Below are positions 21,576-32,660 of a stretch of 64,000 nt of DNA, one piece after another. The stretch's first letter is position 1; each line of letters starts with the position of its first letter. The DNA comes from an uncultured delta proteobacterium (GTDB taxonomy: Bacteria > Desulfobacterota > Syntrophobacteria > Syntrophobacterales > Syntrophobacteraceae). The notes below the pieces were generated by a model, which ran no database searches, was not told the DNA's origin, and saw only the letters and a program-made list of their open reading frames with translations. Location of the stretch: NCBI GenBank assembly GCA_963808625.1, contig CAWEHK010000037.1, positions 80,157-144,156 on the forward strand. Direction: 5' to 3'. Position numbers and translations under genes: made by a program.

Positions 21576-24051
21576 ATGGTAAATAAACCTTCGGCATTGT
21601 CCGTGAACTGATTTGCGAGCTCGCATTGAACCTGAGTCGCTGCCTTTCGACAACACCCATACCCTCGAAGACCTTCAAGAAAGAGTCGTAGGGCAGGAAC
21701 GGGCTATCGATGCCATCAAGTTCGGCATGGGGATGAAGGAGCGCGGCTATAACATCTTCATCGCCGGGACCGTCCAATGCCGGGCTTACCTACACGGCGA
21801 AAACCTTTATCGAAGAACAGGCCAAACAGGAACCGACCCCGCCGGACTGGTGTTATGTCTACAATTTCAAGGAACCGGACAAACCCAAGGGGGTCAAGGT
21901 TATCAGCCGGGCGAGGCAAGCAGCTCAAAAAAGATATGCACGAATTCATCGAGACCCTCCAGGCAAAGATTCCTGAAGTTTTCGATAGTGACGATTATCG
22001 CGCTAAAGAGAGTGAGGTGCACCAGTCCTTCGAGAAAGTGAGAAGGGAGATTATCGACCAGCTCTCGCACGAGGCGAAGGAGCAGGGATTCATCCTCCAG
22101 TTCTCCCAGGTGGGCATGGTCATCATCCCGGCCAACAAAGAGGGGGAGCCGATGACTCAGGAAGACCTTCGCCACCTGGAGGAAGAGGAGCGGAAGGTCT
22201 TGCGGGAGAAGAGCGACGAGCTCCATGAAAAGATGAAAGACGCCATCAAAGCCATTCGTGAGGCTGAAGCGGAGTTCAAGGAGAAACACACCAAGTTGGA
22301 CAATGAGATTGCGCTTTTTGTTGTGGGCCAACTCATGGACCGCTACGAGGAGAAATATCAGGATGACCAGCAGGTGCTCGAGTTCCTGAAAATGGCTCAG
22401 GAGGACATTCTAGAGAACATCGAAGACTTCAAGAAAAAACCGGAAGCGCAGCAACCGCAGCCCGGGGCCCCCTTCCCTGTCCCTCCCAAGGAGGCCCTTC
22501 TCAGAAAGTACGATGTCAACGTTCTGATCGACAATTCGGAAACGCAGGGCGCCCCGGTCGTTATCGAATCAAACCCGGTCTATACGAATATCTTCGGCTC
22601 AATTGAACGCCAGGCATGGTTTGGCGCGCTTGTTCACGGACCATACGATGATCAAGCCCGGGGCCTTGCATAAGGCCAACGGCGGCTACCTGGTAATGAA
22701 GGCCCTGGACCTTTTGCGGTGGTTTATCACCTATGAAGCACTGAAGCGAGCGCTGAAGGATGAGGAAATCAAGATTGAAGATCTGGGCGAGCTTTACGGC
22801 TTGTTCAGCACCCGCACCATTCGTCCGGAGCCCATCCCGCTCAGCGTCAAGATCGTCCTGACAGGCGATCCCTACATCTACCAACTGCTCTACACCTATG
22901 ACGATCGTTTCCCGAAGCTTTTCAAAGTCAAGGCGCATATGGACGATCAAATGGATCGGAAGGATGAAACCATCGTCGAATGCGCCAGAATGATGAGCAG
23001 CTTCTGCAAGGACAACAAACTCCGACACCTCGATCGCACGGGCGTCGCCCGGGTCATCGAATACAGCATGGAACTGACCGAGGACCGTGACAAGTTGAGC
23101 CTGGAGCTTGGCAACATCAGCGATCTGCTCAGGGAAGCCAATTACTTTGCCGGGCTGGATAATGCGGAATTGATTCAGGCGAAGCACGTCGAGAGCGCGA
23201 TCAAGAAGCGGATCTACCGCTCGAACCTCGTCGAGGAGCGGATCAAGGAACTGGTCGAGAAGGACATCTTCTGGGTCGAAACGGATGGCAACAAGGTGGG
23301 ACAGGTGAACGGTCTGGCGGTCCTCATGACCGGCGATCACATGTTTGGCAAACCCAACCGAATTACCGCCACCGTCAGCGTCGGACGGGAAGGGATGGTT
23401 TCGATCGACCGGGAATCCAAGATGAGCGGCAATATCCACACCAAGGGCCTGATTATCCTCAGCAACTTCCTGAAGGAACGGTTTGCTCAGAACAGACCCA
23501 TTTCGCTCACCGCTTCGCTCTGCTTCGAACAGAGCTATGGGCTGGTGGAAGGCGACAGCGCTTCCAGCACCGAACTGTACGTGCTGCTCAGTGCCATTGC
23601 CAACGTTCCCATCTACCAGGGCATCGCGGTAACCGGATCAGTCAGCCAGAAGGGCGAAGTCCAGCCCATCGGCGGCGCGAATCACAAGATCAAAGGCTGG
23701 TATGATATCTGTAAGTTCAAAGGGCTCAACGGCAAGCAGGGCGTCATGATCCCCGCCAAGAATGTGCGCAACCTGATGCTCGATCAAGAGATCGTCGACG
23801 CAGTGAAAGAAGGGAAGTTCAATATTTGGCCGATATCGACGATTGAAGAGGGCATTGCCGTCCTGACCGACATGGAAGCCGGCGAAGTGCAGGAAGACGG
23901 CACCTATCCGGAGGGCACGCTGTTCCGAAAAGTGGACGATCGGCTCAAAAAGATCTCGGAAATCGTCCGGGAATTCGGGAAGGATTCTGAAAACGGTAAG
24001 CGTAAAGAAAAAGAGGAGGAGCCTGCCGGCTGCCCTAGTTGTGGTGCTTAG
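21576..24051 (+). CDS. Lon-like (LonC-type) ATP-binding S16 protease, several frameshifts
   Basis: GQERA, PDWCYVYNF, PGALHKANGGYL, GQVNGL, EGDSAS, QPIGG..KI. Confidence 0.88.
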
Positions 24052-24056
24052 AAGAA

Positions 24057-24245
24057 AGTGCTGGGTGAGAAGTGAAAAGTGATGGGTGACGAGTGATGAG
24101 TGATGAGTGATGGGTGGGCGAGTGATGAGTGCTGAATGAAAAGTGATGAGTGATGGGTAGCGAGTAAGTGACGAGCGATGGGTAGCGAGTGAGTGATGAA
24201 TGATGAGTGAAAAGTGATGAGTGATGGGTACGAAGTGCTGAGCAT
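24057..24245. repeat. Degenerate heptamer tandem array (GTGATGA/GTGATGG/GTGACGA)
   Basis: 7-nt period right after the protease stop. Confidence 0.9.
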
Positions 24246-24482
24246 AACGCCGCCGGATAGAGTGCCCATTATCCCCGGTCGTCATTCCCGCAAGCTTTTG
24301 GCGGGAATCCAGTAACAAAGCCTGGACACCCGCCCTCGCGGGCATGGTGGCTGGAATTCGGAGAATCGCTCATCGGGAGCGCTACTGAGCGCTGAGCAGT
24401 GAATGCGGAGCAAACGTAGGGGCGGGTTTTATACCCGCCCCTAACTGCTTTATCGCCCCATGTTTTTCGGAAGGGGATGAAC

Positions 24483-24615
24483 CCCATATGCAGCAAGCTA
24501 AGACGGTCTTCTGGTCCTTACCCCGATAAACTTCATCATTCGAAATTCCTTGTTCGCTATTCGATATTCATCTTTTCTATTAAACAGTTGGACCACTTAG
24601 CTTGATGCAGATGGA
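24483..24615. mobile_element. MITE-like element with CCCATATGCA(T/G)CAAGCTAA terminal inverted repeats
   Basis: CCATATGCAGCAAGCTAA ... TTAGCTTGATGCAGATGG; same end at 30633, 59950 and 63488. Confidence 0.65.
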
Positions 24616-24655
24616 ATGAACCCCTCCCCCGCAAAACCACAGTGAACCAGTGTCC

Positions 24656-24744
24656 ATCCGGAAACCCCATTTTGTAGGAGGGGCTTCCAGCCGAGATCGG
24701 GGCTGGAAGCCCCTCCTACAGAACAAGGCGCCACTTTCCGGATG
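24656..24744. repeat. GTAG-type REP palindrome inside a CATCCGGAAA...TTTCCGGATG shell
   Basis: TGTAGGAGGGGCTTCCAGCC...GGCTGGAAGCCCCTCCTACA hairpin. Confidence 0.75.
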
Positions 24745-24752
24745 AGAACGAA

Positions 24753-26246
24753 CTAGCCCGGGCGCCCCTGGCTGCTCACCGGTGTGAGCAGATCCTGGTT
24801 ATTGTAAGGATCCTTGAATTCCAATTCGGGGCGGAATTTCAGTTTCTTGTTGCCGCGATCATTCAAGTATTTCGCCATTTCCAGATTGATGTCCGCCGGC
24901 ACTTCCAGCCCCGCCGCTGCTAGAGCCTGGCGGAGGAGGGCTTCGGATTTGGCGGCCATGGCCACGGCGTCGCCGCAGATGCGGCCCGCTTCGCTGGGAT
25001 TGTGAAAGCCAATCGAGTTCTCCGCCCCGATAAAGATCACCCGGTAGAGGGCTTCGAGGTACAAGTCCTTGGCGCGATCGTAGAGGTTCTTGTCAATCGT
25101 CTTGCCCTCGGCCTGCGCCTTATGCGCTGTTTCAAAAAGCTTCGCGGCCACCGCTGTCCCATATCCCGCCCGGTTCATCAGCGACACGGTCCGTTCCTGA
25201 ATGGCGACCACCTGGCTGGTCAGCCACGTCGGGCTTTCCGTGTGGCACTGCTGGCAGGCCTTGAGCTCGTTTTTCAGCGGGCTCATGACGTTGTGGTCGG
25301 AAATCTTGTTCGCCCCGACCTTGATGTACGGCATGTGGCAGTCGGCGCAGGCCACGCTGGCCTGGTAATGGACGCTGTTGTTGGAGAAGAATTCATATTC
25401 GGGATGGCGGATGAAGCCCACTTTGAAACCGGTGACGTTCTGTTTCCATTCCAGGTAGGACGGGTTGCTCTTGAGGACCTTGACGATATTCTCGATGGAA
25501 ATGTTGCCGGCCTTGCTCCCCTGCCACGGAAAGAAGACCGAGGTGGACTTCATCTCGGCATCCTTGGGGATAATGTAGCTGACATGGCATTGGGCGCAGA
25601 CCAGCATCCGCGCTTCCTGGCGGCTCGCCTGCTTGTAGTCCTTCCCCATGTCGGCGAGCGCCTTTTGCAGCGTCCCGCGGGAAAGCTGCAGGCTCTGGGT
25701 CTTGTTGTCATGGCAATCGATGCAGGCGACGCCCAATTGCTGAAATTCCTTCGGGATCTTGGCATGAACTTCGAGATAGGGATCGGAAAAATAGGCTGGT
25801 CCCAGTTCCTGCTCCAGCTTGACGGAATAAGGGGTTTTGCAGGTAAGGCAGACACCGCCGGCTTTGATCCGCGAAGGGTCGATCTCCAATTGGTCGATGA
25901 CCATATAGTAATGCCCTCGAGGCTCGTTGTATTCCACGCCGAATCCCCAGCCGTTGAAGAGCAGCGGCATGTACGGGAATTCGCTCAGCTTATCGTAGAT
26001 GACGAGATCGGTGTCGTAGCCCGGCTTGTATTTGCTCTTATGGGCGGGACGGGGCTCCTTGGTCTTGAGCCAGTAGTCATACTCCAGGGGATAGGCCTTG
26101 CCCCAGACGGCGGGATCGATTTCACCGTCGGCAATGGTCACCGTCTTGACCGGTTCGGTCTTCTGGGGCGCACAGGAAACCAGGATTACCCAGCCGACCA
26201 GGGATCCCAGGACCAGACAGCTCAGCATGTACTTTCTCCATTTCAT
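24753..26246 (-). CDS. nrfA: Ammonia-forming cytochrome c nitrite reductase
   Basis: CLTCK Lys-ligated heme plus four CxxCH, YNEPRGH, ENSIGFH; lipobox VSC. Confidence 0.95.
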   Translation of the reverse strand: MKWRKYMLSCLVLGSLVGWVILVSCAPQKTEPVKTVTIADGEIDPAVWGKAYPLEYDYWLKTKEPRPAHKSKYKPGYDTDLVIYDKLSEFPYMPLLFNGWGFGVEYNEPRGHYYMVIDQLEIDPSRIKAGGVCLTCKTPYSVKLEQELGPAYFSDPYLEVHAKIPKEFQQLGVACIDCHDNKTQSLQLSRGTLQKALADMGKDYKQASRQEARMLVCAQCHVSYIIPKDAEMKSTSVFFPWQGSKAGNISIENIVKVLKSNPSYLEWKQNVTGFKVGFIRHPEYEFFSNNSVHYQASVACADCHMPYIKVGANKISDHNVMSPLKNELKACQQCHTESPTWLTSQVVAIQERTVSLMNRAGYGTAVAAKLFETAHKAQAEGKTIDKNLYDRAKDLYLEALYRVIFIGAENSIGFHNPSEAGRICGDAVAMAAKSEALLRQALAAAGLEVPADINLEMAKYLNDRGNKKLKFRPELEFKDPYNNQDLLTPVSSQGRPG

Positions 26247-26278
26247 CGATCGCTCTCCTTTTCTCAATCAGATCAATT

Positions 26279-26748
26279 CTACATGGCCCCGCTGTTCTTG
26301 TGAGACAGGCGGCGGTGACACAGCCAGCAGTTACGGTCCTCATTGATTCTTGCTATGGTCTCCGCATGGCAGCGCCGGCAGTTTTCCTGCACGATGGCAG
26401 CTCCCGACTTCGGAGAGTTGGATCTGTCTCCGGAACTCGCCCCGAATTGAACACGAAGACATCCCACATTCCCTCGTATCCCTTCCAGGTGATGTGCCTC
26501 GCCAGGTTATCGTTGGGAAGATGACAATCGTTGCACTTCAGGCGACGGTGCCCCCCTTGGTGAAACCAGTTCTCGTATTGCGCCTCCATGACATGGCATT
26601 GGGCACAGAATTCAGGGGTTTCTGATTTGGCGTAGAGGCCCGGCGGGCCGAAGGCAACATAGGTACCCACGACCGCAAGCACCACGACCACCAGTCCGGA
26701 AAGCTTCAACAGCTTACGCTTGTTGCCGAAAAATCCGCGAATTCCCAT
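26279..26748 (-). CDS. nrfH: Cytochrome c nitrite reductase small subunit (frameshift near 26410)
   Basis: N-terminal TM, four CxxCH across two frames, directly upstream of nrfA. Confidence 0.9.
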
Positions 26749-26990
26749 GTGGCTTCCTTATGTTCTGGAGGTTTTCGAACATCATTGCCGGGTGACTGAC
26801 CGAACATCCCCCCTGCCAGGCAGGAAGGGTTTGGGTCGCGTTCCATTGGTTTGCGTTAGGGCTTTTCCTGAACTGAGAAGGCACCCGCTGCGCGGCAAGG
26901 CACGAAAGAATGCGTTCCACTTGAAACAGGCAGCAGGTCAGGGTCTGATACAACGCGAGATTCGTATAGCATCTTCACCTTTATATTTTC

Positions 26991-27006
26991 CTTGACTTAA
27001 GTCAAG
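26991..27006. promoter_or_regulatory. CRP/FNR-family (HcpR-type) box TTGAC-N4-GTCAA
   Basis: Perfect palindrome CTTGACTTAAGTCAAG about 245 bp upstream of nrfH. Confidence 0.6.
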
Positions 27007-27108
27007 CTAATAGAAGTCAAGCGACGCCTGCAACGCCCATGCAACCCACCTGACCCGTTTCATCACCACGATCTCTCGTATCAAATCAGATAATTTGATC
27101 CCTCTATT

Positions 27109-27369
27109 TCAGAGGCTGTCTGAAAATTCCCCCTAAAGCTGGTTCCCAAGCTCTGGCTTGGGAACCCACCTCCTTGGAAGCTCCAGCTTCGGCGGACTTG
27201 TGGACACCATCTGATACTCAAGACGCACGGGAAGCTGGAGCTTCCGTGCCCTGCGTTCCCAAGCTGGAGCTTGGGAACGAGCAAACGAGCTCCCCCCTTT
27301 TTTAAAGGTGGGTCGGAGGGATTCTTCTTTCGAGTTTTGCGCAAAATTTGAATTTTCAGACAGCCTCTC
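27109..27369. mobile_element. MITE-like element with AGAGGCTGTCTGAAAATTC TIRs carrying four REP-like hairpins
   Basis: TIR pair; GTTCCCAAGCT..GCTTGGGAAC and GAAGCTCCAGCTTC hairpins; inverted partial copy at 35742-35911. Confidence 0.75.
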
Positions 27370-27554
27370 AGAGAGTTATATTGAAGGCACATTCCGGAAT
27401 AAGACACCGTCTTTCACCAACAGAAACGAGAAGTGAACGAAGGACAAAGTGTGCTTTCCTCGTGTCCTTCCTGGTTTCAATGAGCGTCCGCAAGAGAGCG
27501 GGTTGTGTTTGGAGGGAGCCCAAGTCCTGACGGCTTGTGGACTTGTTTCCGGGG

Positions 27555-28730
27555 ATGAGCATGAGTTTCTTGCCGAGGTTGCTTGCACCCAATATCGAAA
27601 AGTTGCAGTCCAAGCGTGATGTCCAGGGCCTGATCAAGGCCCTGCGCCACAAGGAACCTGCGCTGCGCGAGGCTGCGGTGCTGGCCTTGGGGAACCTTGG
27701 CGGCACCGGTGCGGTCGAACCGCTGATCCAGGCATTAAAGGATGAGAACCAGAAGGTCCGTACCAGAGCGGTCTCGGCCTTGCAAAAAAGCCGCGACCCG
27801 CGCGCGGTCGAAGGCCTCATCGAGGCACTTGATCGAAAAGACAACCAGCTCTGCCGGCGAACTGCTGAAGCTTTGGTGAAGATCGGTACATCGGCCGTTG
27901 CACCACTCATTGCTGCACTCAAAGACGGCACACACGGCTACAAGGCACGCAGCAAGGTGGCTTCGGTTCTGGGGCAAATCGGTGATACCCGTGCGGCAGA
28001 ACCACTGATCGCTGCGTTGAAGCATCACCACCCAATTCTCCGCCAGGCGGCGGCTGAAGCCTTGGGGAAAATCGGCGACCCGCGTGCCGCGAGACCGCTC
28101 GTCGAGGCGCTCGATCACGACGATGCCGAGTTGTGCTTCCTGGCGGCCGAAGCACTGCAGAAGATCGGCGATCCGCGTGCCGTAGAACCGCTCATCGAAG
28201 TCCTCAAGGATGGCGGCTGCGACACCGGCTGGCGCGCCGCCTCGGCCCTGGGGAAAATCGGCGACCCGCGCGCCGTTGACCCCCTCATCGAGGCGCTCGA
28301 TCAGGAAGAAGCATTCTTGTGCCTTACCGCCGCTGAAGCCCTGGGGAAAATTGGCGATCCGCGCGCGATCGAACCGCTTCTCGCCCTCCACCACAGGGCC
28401 CGCGATCACCTGGTGCGGAATCAGGCGCGGGAAGCCCTGAAAAAATGTGGCTATCGGGCCGCCTGTGAGCCCCCTGATGAATTGGCGGAGCTCAAGATAA
28501 TGCTTGACCGTTCCCTGGACGCCGGGATTTTTGTCCGGTGTGCCCGATCCGTCGGGTTCGAGATCGACGGCGAGGGTCTCTCAAGCATGCACATGGAAAG
28601 CCCGAAAGCACGCTTGATGGCAGCCGTTCACCCCGCCATCCACCCAACAAACATCGCGATCCTGGTCTACACGGGCAAAGGCACGGAACACGCGACAACC
28701 CTCATTGATGAAGGAAAGCGGAAATACTGA
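27555..28730 (+). CDS. HEAT/PBS-lyase repeat protein
   Basis: About 9 repeats of AAEALGKIGDPRAVEPLIEAL (31-aa period). Confidence 0.92.
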   Translation: MSMSFLPRLLAPNIEKLQSKRDVQGLIKALRHKEPALREAAVLALGNLGGTGAVEPLIQALKDENQKVRTRAVSALQKSRDPRAVEGLIEALDRKDNQLCRRTAEALVKIGTSAVAPLIAALKDGTHGYKARSKVASVLGQIGDTRAAEPLIAALKHHHPILRQAAAEALGKIGDPRAARPLVEALDHDDAELCFLAAEALQKIGDPRAVEPLIEVLKDGGCDTGWRAASALGKIGDPRAVDPLIEALDQEEAFLCLTAAEALGKIGDPRAIEPLLALHHRARDHLVRNQAREALKKCGYRAACEPPDELAELKIMLDRSLDAGIFVRCARSVGFEIDGEGLSSMHMESPKARLMAAVHPAIHPTNIAILVYTGKGTEHATTLIDEGKRKY

Positions 28731-28757
28731 CCGGCGATCATCTCTCAGCCCTTTTTC

Positions 28758-28822
28758 AAACCACGAAGAACACGAAGAGCACGAAGTGATTTCTTCGTGC
28801 TCTTCGTGTTCTTCGTGGTAAA
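28758..28822. repeat. 9-mer hairpin (CACGAAGAA x3 / inverted), multicopy family
   Basis: Copies at 30838, 32158, 32561, 35656 and 55623; half copies at 6670, 35445 and 54107. Confidence 0.92.
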
Positions 28823-29167
28823 AGAAGGCCTTTTCTGGGACGCCTCCTTACTTGGATGGAGATAGGAAGGGAAGAGAGCCGTCATGAGTTTGTTCGGCGT
28901 TCCTAAAGCGGAGGAGTCTCTGGGGCTCGTCCTGGTGGTAACCGGCCTTGTCCTTTATGTCCGTGCTCAGGCGACGTAAGCCATGAGCGCCCGTGTCACC
29001 CTTCGGCTCCAAAGGCCCCGGCGGTCCCAGAACGCCGTTTGACCTATTGAACCCTCCAGTGAACCGGCGTGGGCTCAACACAGCGCTGGCGCTCAGCGTT
29101 GAGAAAACCGTTGATGAACATCGCCCTTGCCCGTTCCTTGACTTACGTCACGTTCTTTGACCCATTC

Positions 29168-29583
29168 TTACCTTCCCTTCAAGAGCTCATTCAGCTCCCT
29201 GATGAACACCTCAGCTTGATCAAGCATTCCTTTGACTTCATCAACTTCGAACTTCACCATTGGTTGATAGTCCGCCTGCTGGCGGTGATCAAAGACCCAT
29301 TCGCAAAAGGCCCCCCAGGAGGCATCGATTCTCCCAGCCCTCACAAGATCACAATGAAAGGCGGCGCGAACCTGTGAATGTCTCTTGAAAGTTTTGCCCT
29401 CCTTCATGAAGAACGCCGAAACCAAATGAAAGCAAGCGAAGTAGATATCTCGCACGGCATTGGCGAGTCTTCCCGCTTGCCAGTTCACCTGTCCTGATTC
29501 CAGGTCATTGTGGGCCCCTTGTCCATCCAGTGACCGATGAGGATCTTGACGTAACCTCCGTCATCATGATCGTTACTCGTCAT
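29168..29583 (-). CDS. HEPN domain protein (HEPN-MNT toxin), frameshift near 29515
   Basis: YFACFH, KRHSQV, RQQADY; ATG overlaps the MNT stop. Confidence 0.8.
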
Positions 29584-29927
29584 AACGCGAGCGCTCCATC
29601 CCTTATGATTTCGCTGTATAGGGGAAATGCAGTGAAAATCCCTTCCGACCAATCAGACATTGTAATGACCAGAATGCTGATGATCGCATCGTAAGCCATT
29701 TCAATGGCGTAGAGCGCGTCAATCATGGCTTTTCGCTCGCTCCAGTGGATAGCGCGCGAGGTCACAATCAACAGGTCGATATCTGAATCTTCGTCGGCGT
29801 CTCCTCTTGCCTTCGAGCCATACAGGATCACCTTCTCCACCGGAAATCGCTGCCTGAGCATATCCGCCGCTGCTTCCACAGCAAGACGATCGCGCTCACC
29901 CAATGCTATCTCTTCAAGGTCCTTCAT
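29580..29927 (-). CDS. Minimal nucleotidyltransferase (MNT antitoxin)
   Basis: LYGSKARGD...SDIDLL. Confidence 0.88.
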   Translation of the reverse strand: MKDLEEIALGERDRLAVEAAADMLRQRFPVEKVILYGSKARGDADEDSDIDLLIVTSRAIHWSERKAMIDALYAIEMAYDAIISILVITMSDWSEGIFTAFPLYSEIIRDGALAL

Positions 29928-30054
29928 TTCATCATCCTCATGCTCATTTGTCTTGGGATGTCCAGGCATCATTATGGTATCATTGAGTTGCTATGAATGC
30001 AAAAGAACTAACCCAGCAGCAGCATCTTGTGAACCTCTATCATCGAGCGTTTAA

Positions 30055-30513
<459 letters not shown>

Positions 30514-30632
30514 GGAATCTTGAGGTTTCTCCCTTCCGTCAACACATTCTGCAAGACAACAGTATTCAGAAGAACGGAGGGACAATCTGTAAGCACATTC
30601 AGTAGCTCTCTCACAATGCACTGGGGAGTCTT

Positions 30633-30790
30633 CCCCATATGCATCAGGCTAACTTCTTTTGTGCATCAAGCTAACTTTTTTTGCCCTGAAGGGGCTTCAT
30701 AAACCAGCCCAGGGTCAGCGATAGCGCCACCCTGGGGTGCCAAGTACAACAAGAATATTTACCCTGAAGGGGTTACATAAAACATGCCGA
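30633..30790. repeat. Partial copy of the CCCTGAAGGGG / CCCAGGGT..ACCCTGGG REP-cluster element
   Basis: Close match to 63488-63620. Confidence 0.8.
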
Positions 30791-30995
30791 CGCGACGCTC
30801 TCTGCGTCTCTGCGGCGATCATCTCTCAGTTTTTTTCAAACCACGAAGAACACGAAGAGCACGAAGAAATCACTTCGTGTCCTTCGTGCTCTTCGTGGTA
30901 CGTGGTAAAAGAAGGGCCTTTATTTCCAGACGCTCCCTTACTTGGATGGAGATAGGAAGGAAAGAGATCCGTCATGAGTTTGTTCGGCGTTCCTA

Positions 30996-31152
30996 GAGCC
31001 AATACTGTTCAATTAGCGATTCAGGGATTGAGGGACTCAGGGAAAGGACCTGCAAAACCGAGTCGATCTCTATCTCGCGGCGTAAGAATTCCTCAATTCC
31101 TAAATCTCTCAATTCCTAAATCCCTCAATTCCAAAATTCAACATTATTGCCC
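30996..31152. mobile_element. MITE with imperfect TIRs, a CCTA duplication and an 8-mer hairpin cargo
   Basis: GAGCCAATACTGTTCAATT / AATTCAACATTATTGCCC ends; empty site at 28901. Confidence 0.7.
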
Positions 31153-31171
31153 CTAAAGCGGAGGAGTCTCT

Positions 31172-32086
31172 ATGAACACGAAAGTCCAACAGGTCGATAT
31201 CGGCCAATGCCGAAGGGTGAAGATCCGCTGTATTTCTGAGACCAGCTGGTTTGACACGAACCAGATCCTGGCAGACATCAAGCATGCCGGGGGGATGTCG
31301 GCCAGCCAGTATACCGTAAGCTGGACCGAAACCAACAGTGGCGGCTACTGCGCCCTGGTGGAGGTTGAGGCGCTGGATGGCGCCACCAGACGATTCCTGC
31401 TGGATGCGGGTTGGAACCTTTCCTGGATGGATGCCTGCTTCCAAAGGGAAGGCGTGGACCGGATGTTGAGTAAAGGGGAAATCGAGTTTTTGTTCATCTC
31501 CCACGAGCACATGGACCATTTTTGGGGGCTTCCGGTTGTCCTCAAATACCGGCCCGACCTCAAGATCATTGTTCCAAACAGTTTCCATCCGGAAGGAAAA
31601 GAACTCATTCGAAAGAGCGGGCATAAGGGGGAACTGGTGGAGTTGGGGGCGGAAAGACTTCATCCGCTCTTTCCCGGATGTGCGTCGGTGACCTTCGACA
31701 TCCCCATCATCATTCGCGTTCAGGGGGAGCACGGCTTATTCTTCCATATCAAGGACAAGGGCATGGTGACGGTCACGGGGTGCTGCCACATGGGGGTCCT
31801 GAATCTCATGGAGTACGGATGCGAAAACCTTCAGGGGTCCCCCAGGCCCTACGGGCTCTACGGCGGGCTGCATATCTGTCCCTTCGAACAATGGGACGCC
31901 AGGATGGACCAGGTCATCGCTGACCTGGCGGCAATGAAACTGGCGGTGGTAGCGGCGAATCATTGTACGGGCATGATCGCCATTGAGAAGATGATCGAGG
32001 CAGGTATTCCGGTGGTAAGAGGGACGGCCAGGCACGGAAGCAAAAGCGATCTTTATGTGGGCAATGGGGATGAGGTTGTCTTCTGA
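31172..32086 (+). CDS. MBL-fold metallo-hydrolase
   Basis: LLDAG, SHEHMDH, TGCCH, GGLH, NHCTG; RBS GGAGG. Confidence 0.9.
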   Translation: MNTKVQQVDIGQCRRVKIRCISETSWFDTNQILADIKHAGGMSASQYTVSWTETNSGGYCALVEVEALDGATRRFLLDAGWNLSWMDACFQREGVDRMLSKGEIEFLFISHEHMDHFWGLPVVLKYRPDLKIIVPNSFHPEGKELIRKSGHKGELVELGAERLHPLFPGCASVTFDIPIIIRVQGEHGLFFHIKDKGMVTVTGCCHMGVLNLMEYGCENLQGSPRPYGLYGGLHICPFEQWDARMDQVIADLAAMKLAVVAANHCTGMIAIEKMIEAGIPVVRGTARHGSKSDLYVGNGDEVVF

Positions 32087-32112
32087 TGGCTTTGCATGGT
32101 GAGCGGCCCCTA

Positions 32113-32250
32113 AGAGACTGTCCAAAAACAACTTGCACTCATTTCAGCCCTTTTTCGAACCACGAAGAACACGAAGAGCACGAAGAAATCACTTCGTGTC
32201 CTTCGTGTTCTTCGTGGTAAAAGAAGGCCTTTTATCTTTGGACGCCCCCT
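32113..32250. mobile_element. MITE (CTGTCCAAA...TTTGGAC ends) enclosing a 9-mer hairpin
   Basis: Related copies at 32520-32662 and 35611-35735. Confidence 0.7.
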
Positions 32251-32660
32251 AACCTCTTTCGATAAGCTGTGAAAGTGCCTCGGTGAATGATGATGGATGG
32301 TTTGCAGCCCTGATGGTTTTGTCTTTCACGGTGGGATGTGCGCCCTATTCCGGTAGCCCCTTCGAGAAGAGGATGCCTTGGAATATGACGCCTTGCTGGC
32401 GCCTCGTCTTATCAGAGTGATCCAAACTGCTATGGGATCTCGTACTGGTGTTAACCGGCCTTGTCCTTTAAGTCCGTGCCACACGACGTGAGCCCTGAGC
32501 GCCCGTGTCACGCTTTGCGCCTGTCCAAATATAACTTGCTCTCATTTCGCCCCTGTCTCAAACCACGAAGGACACGAAGAACACGAAGAAATCACTTATT
32601 GGCCTTCGTGATCTTCGTGATCTTCGTGGTAAAAAAGGTGTCTTAGTTTTGGACACTTCC

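Noticed and set aside
29015..29115. Possible 6S-like structured RNA
   Set aside because: I saw only short local hairpins and no extended rod with a central bubble.
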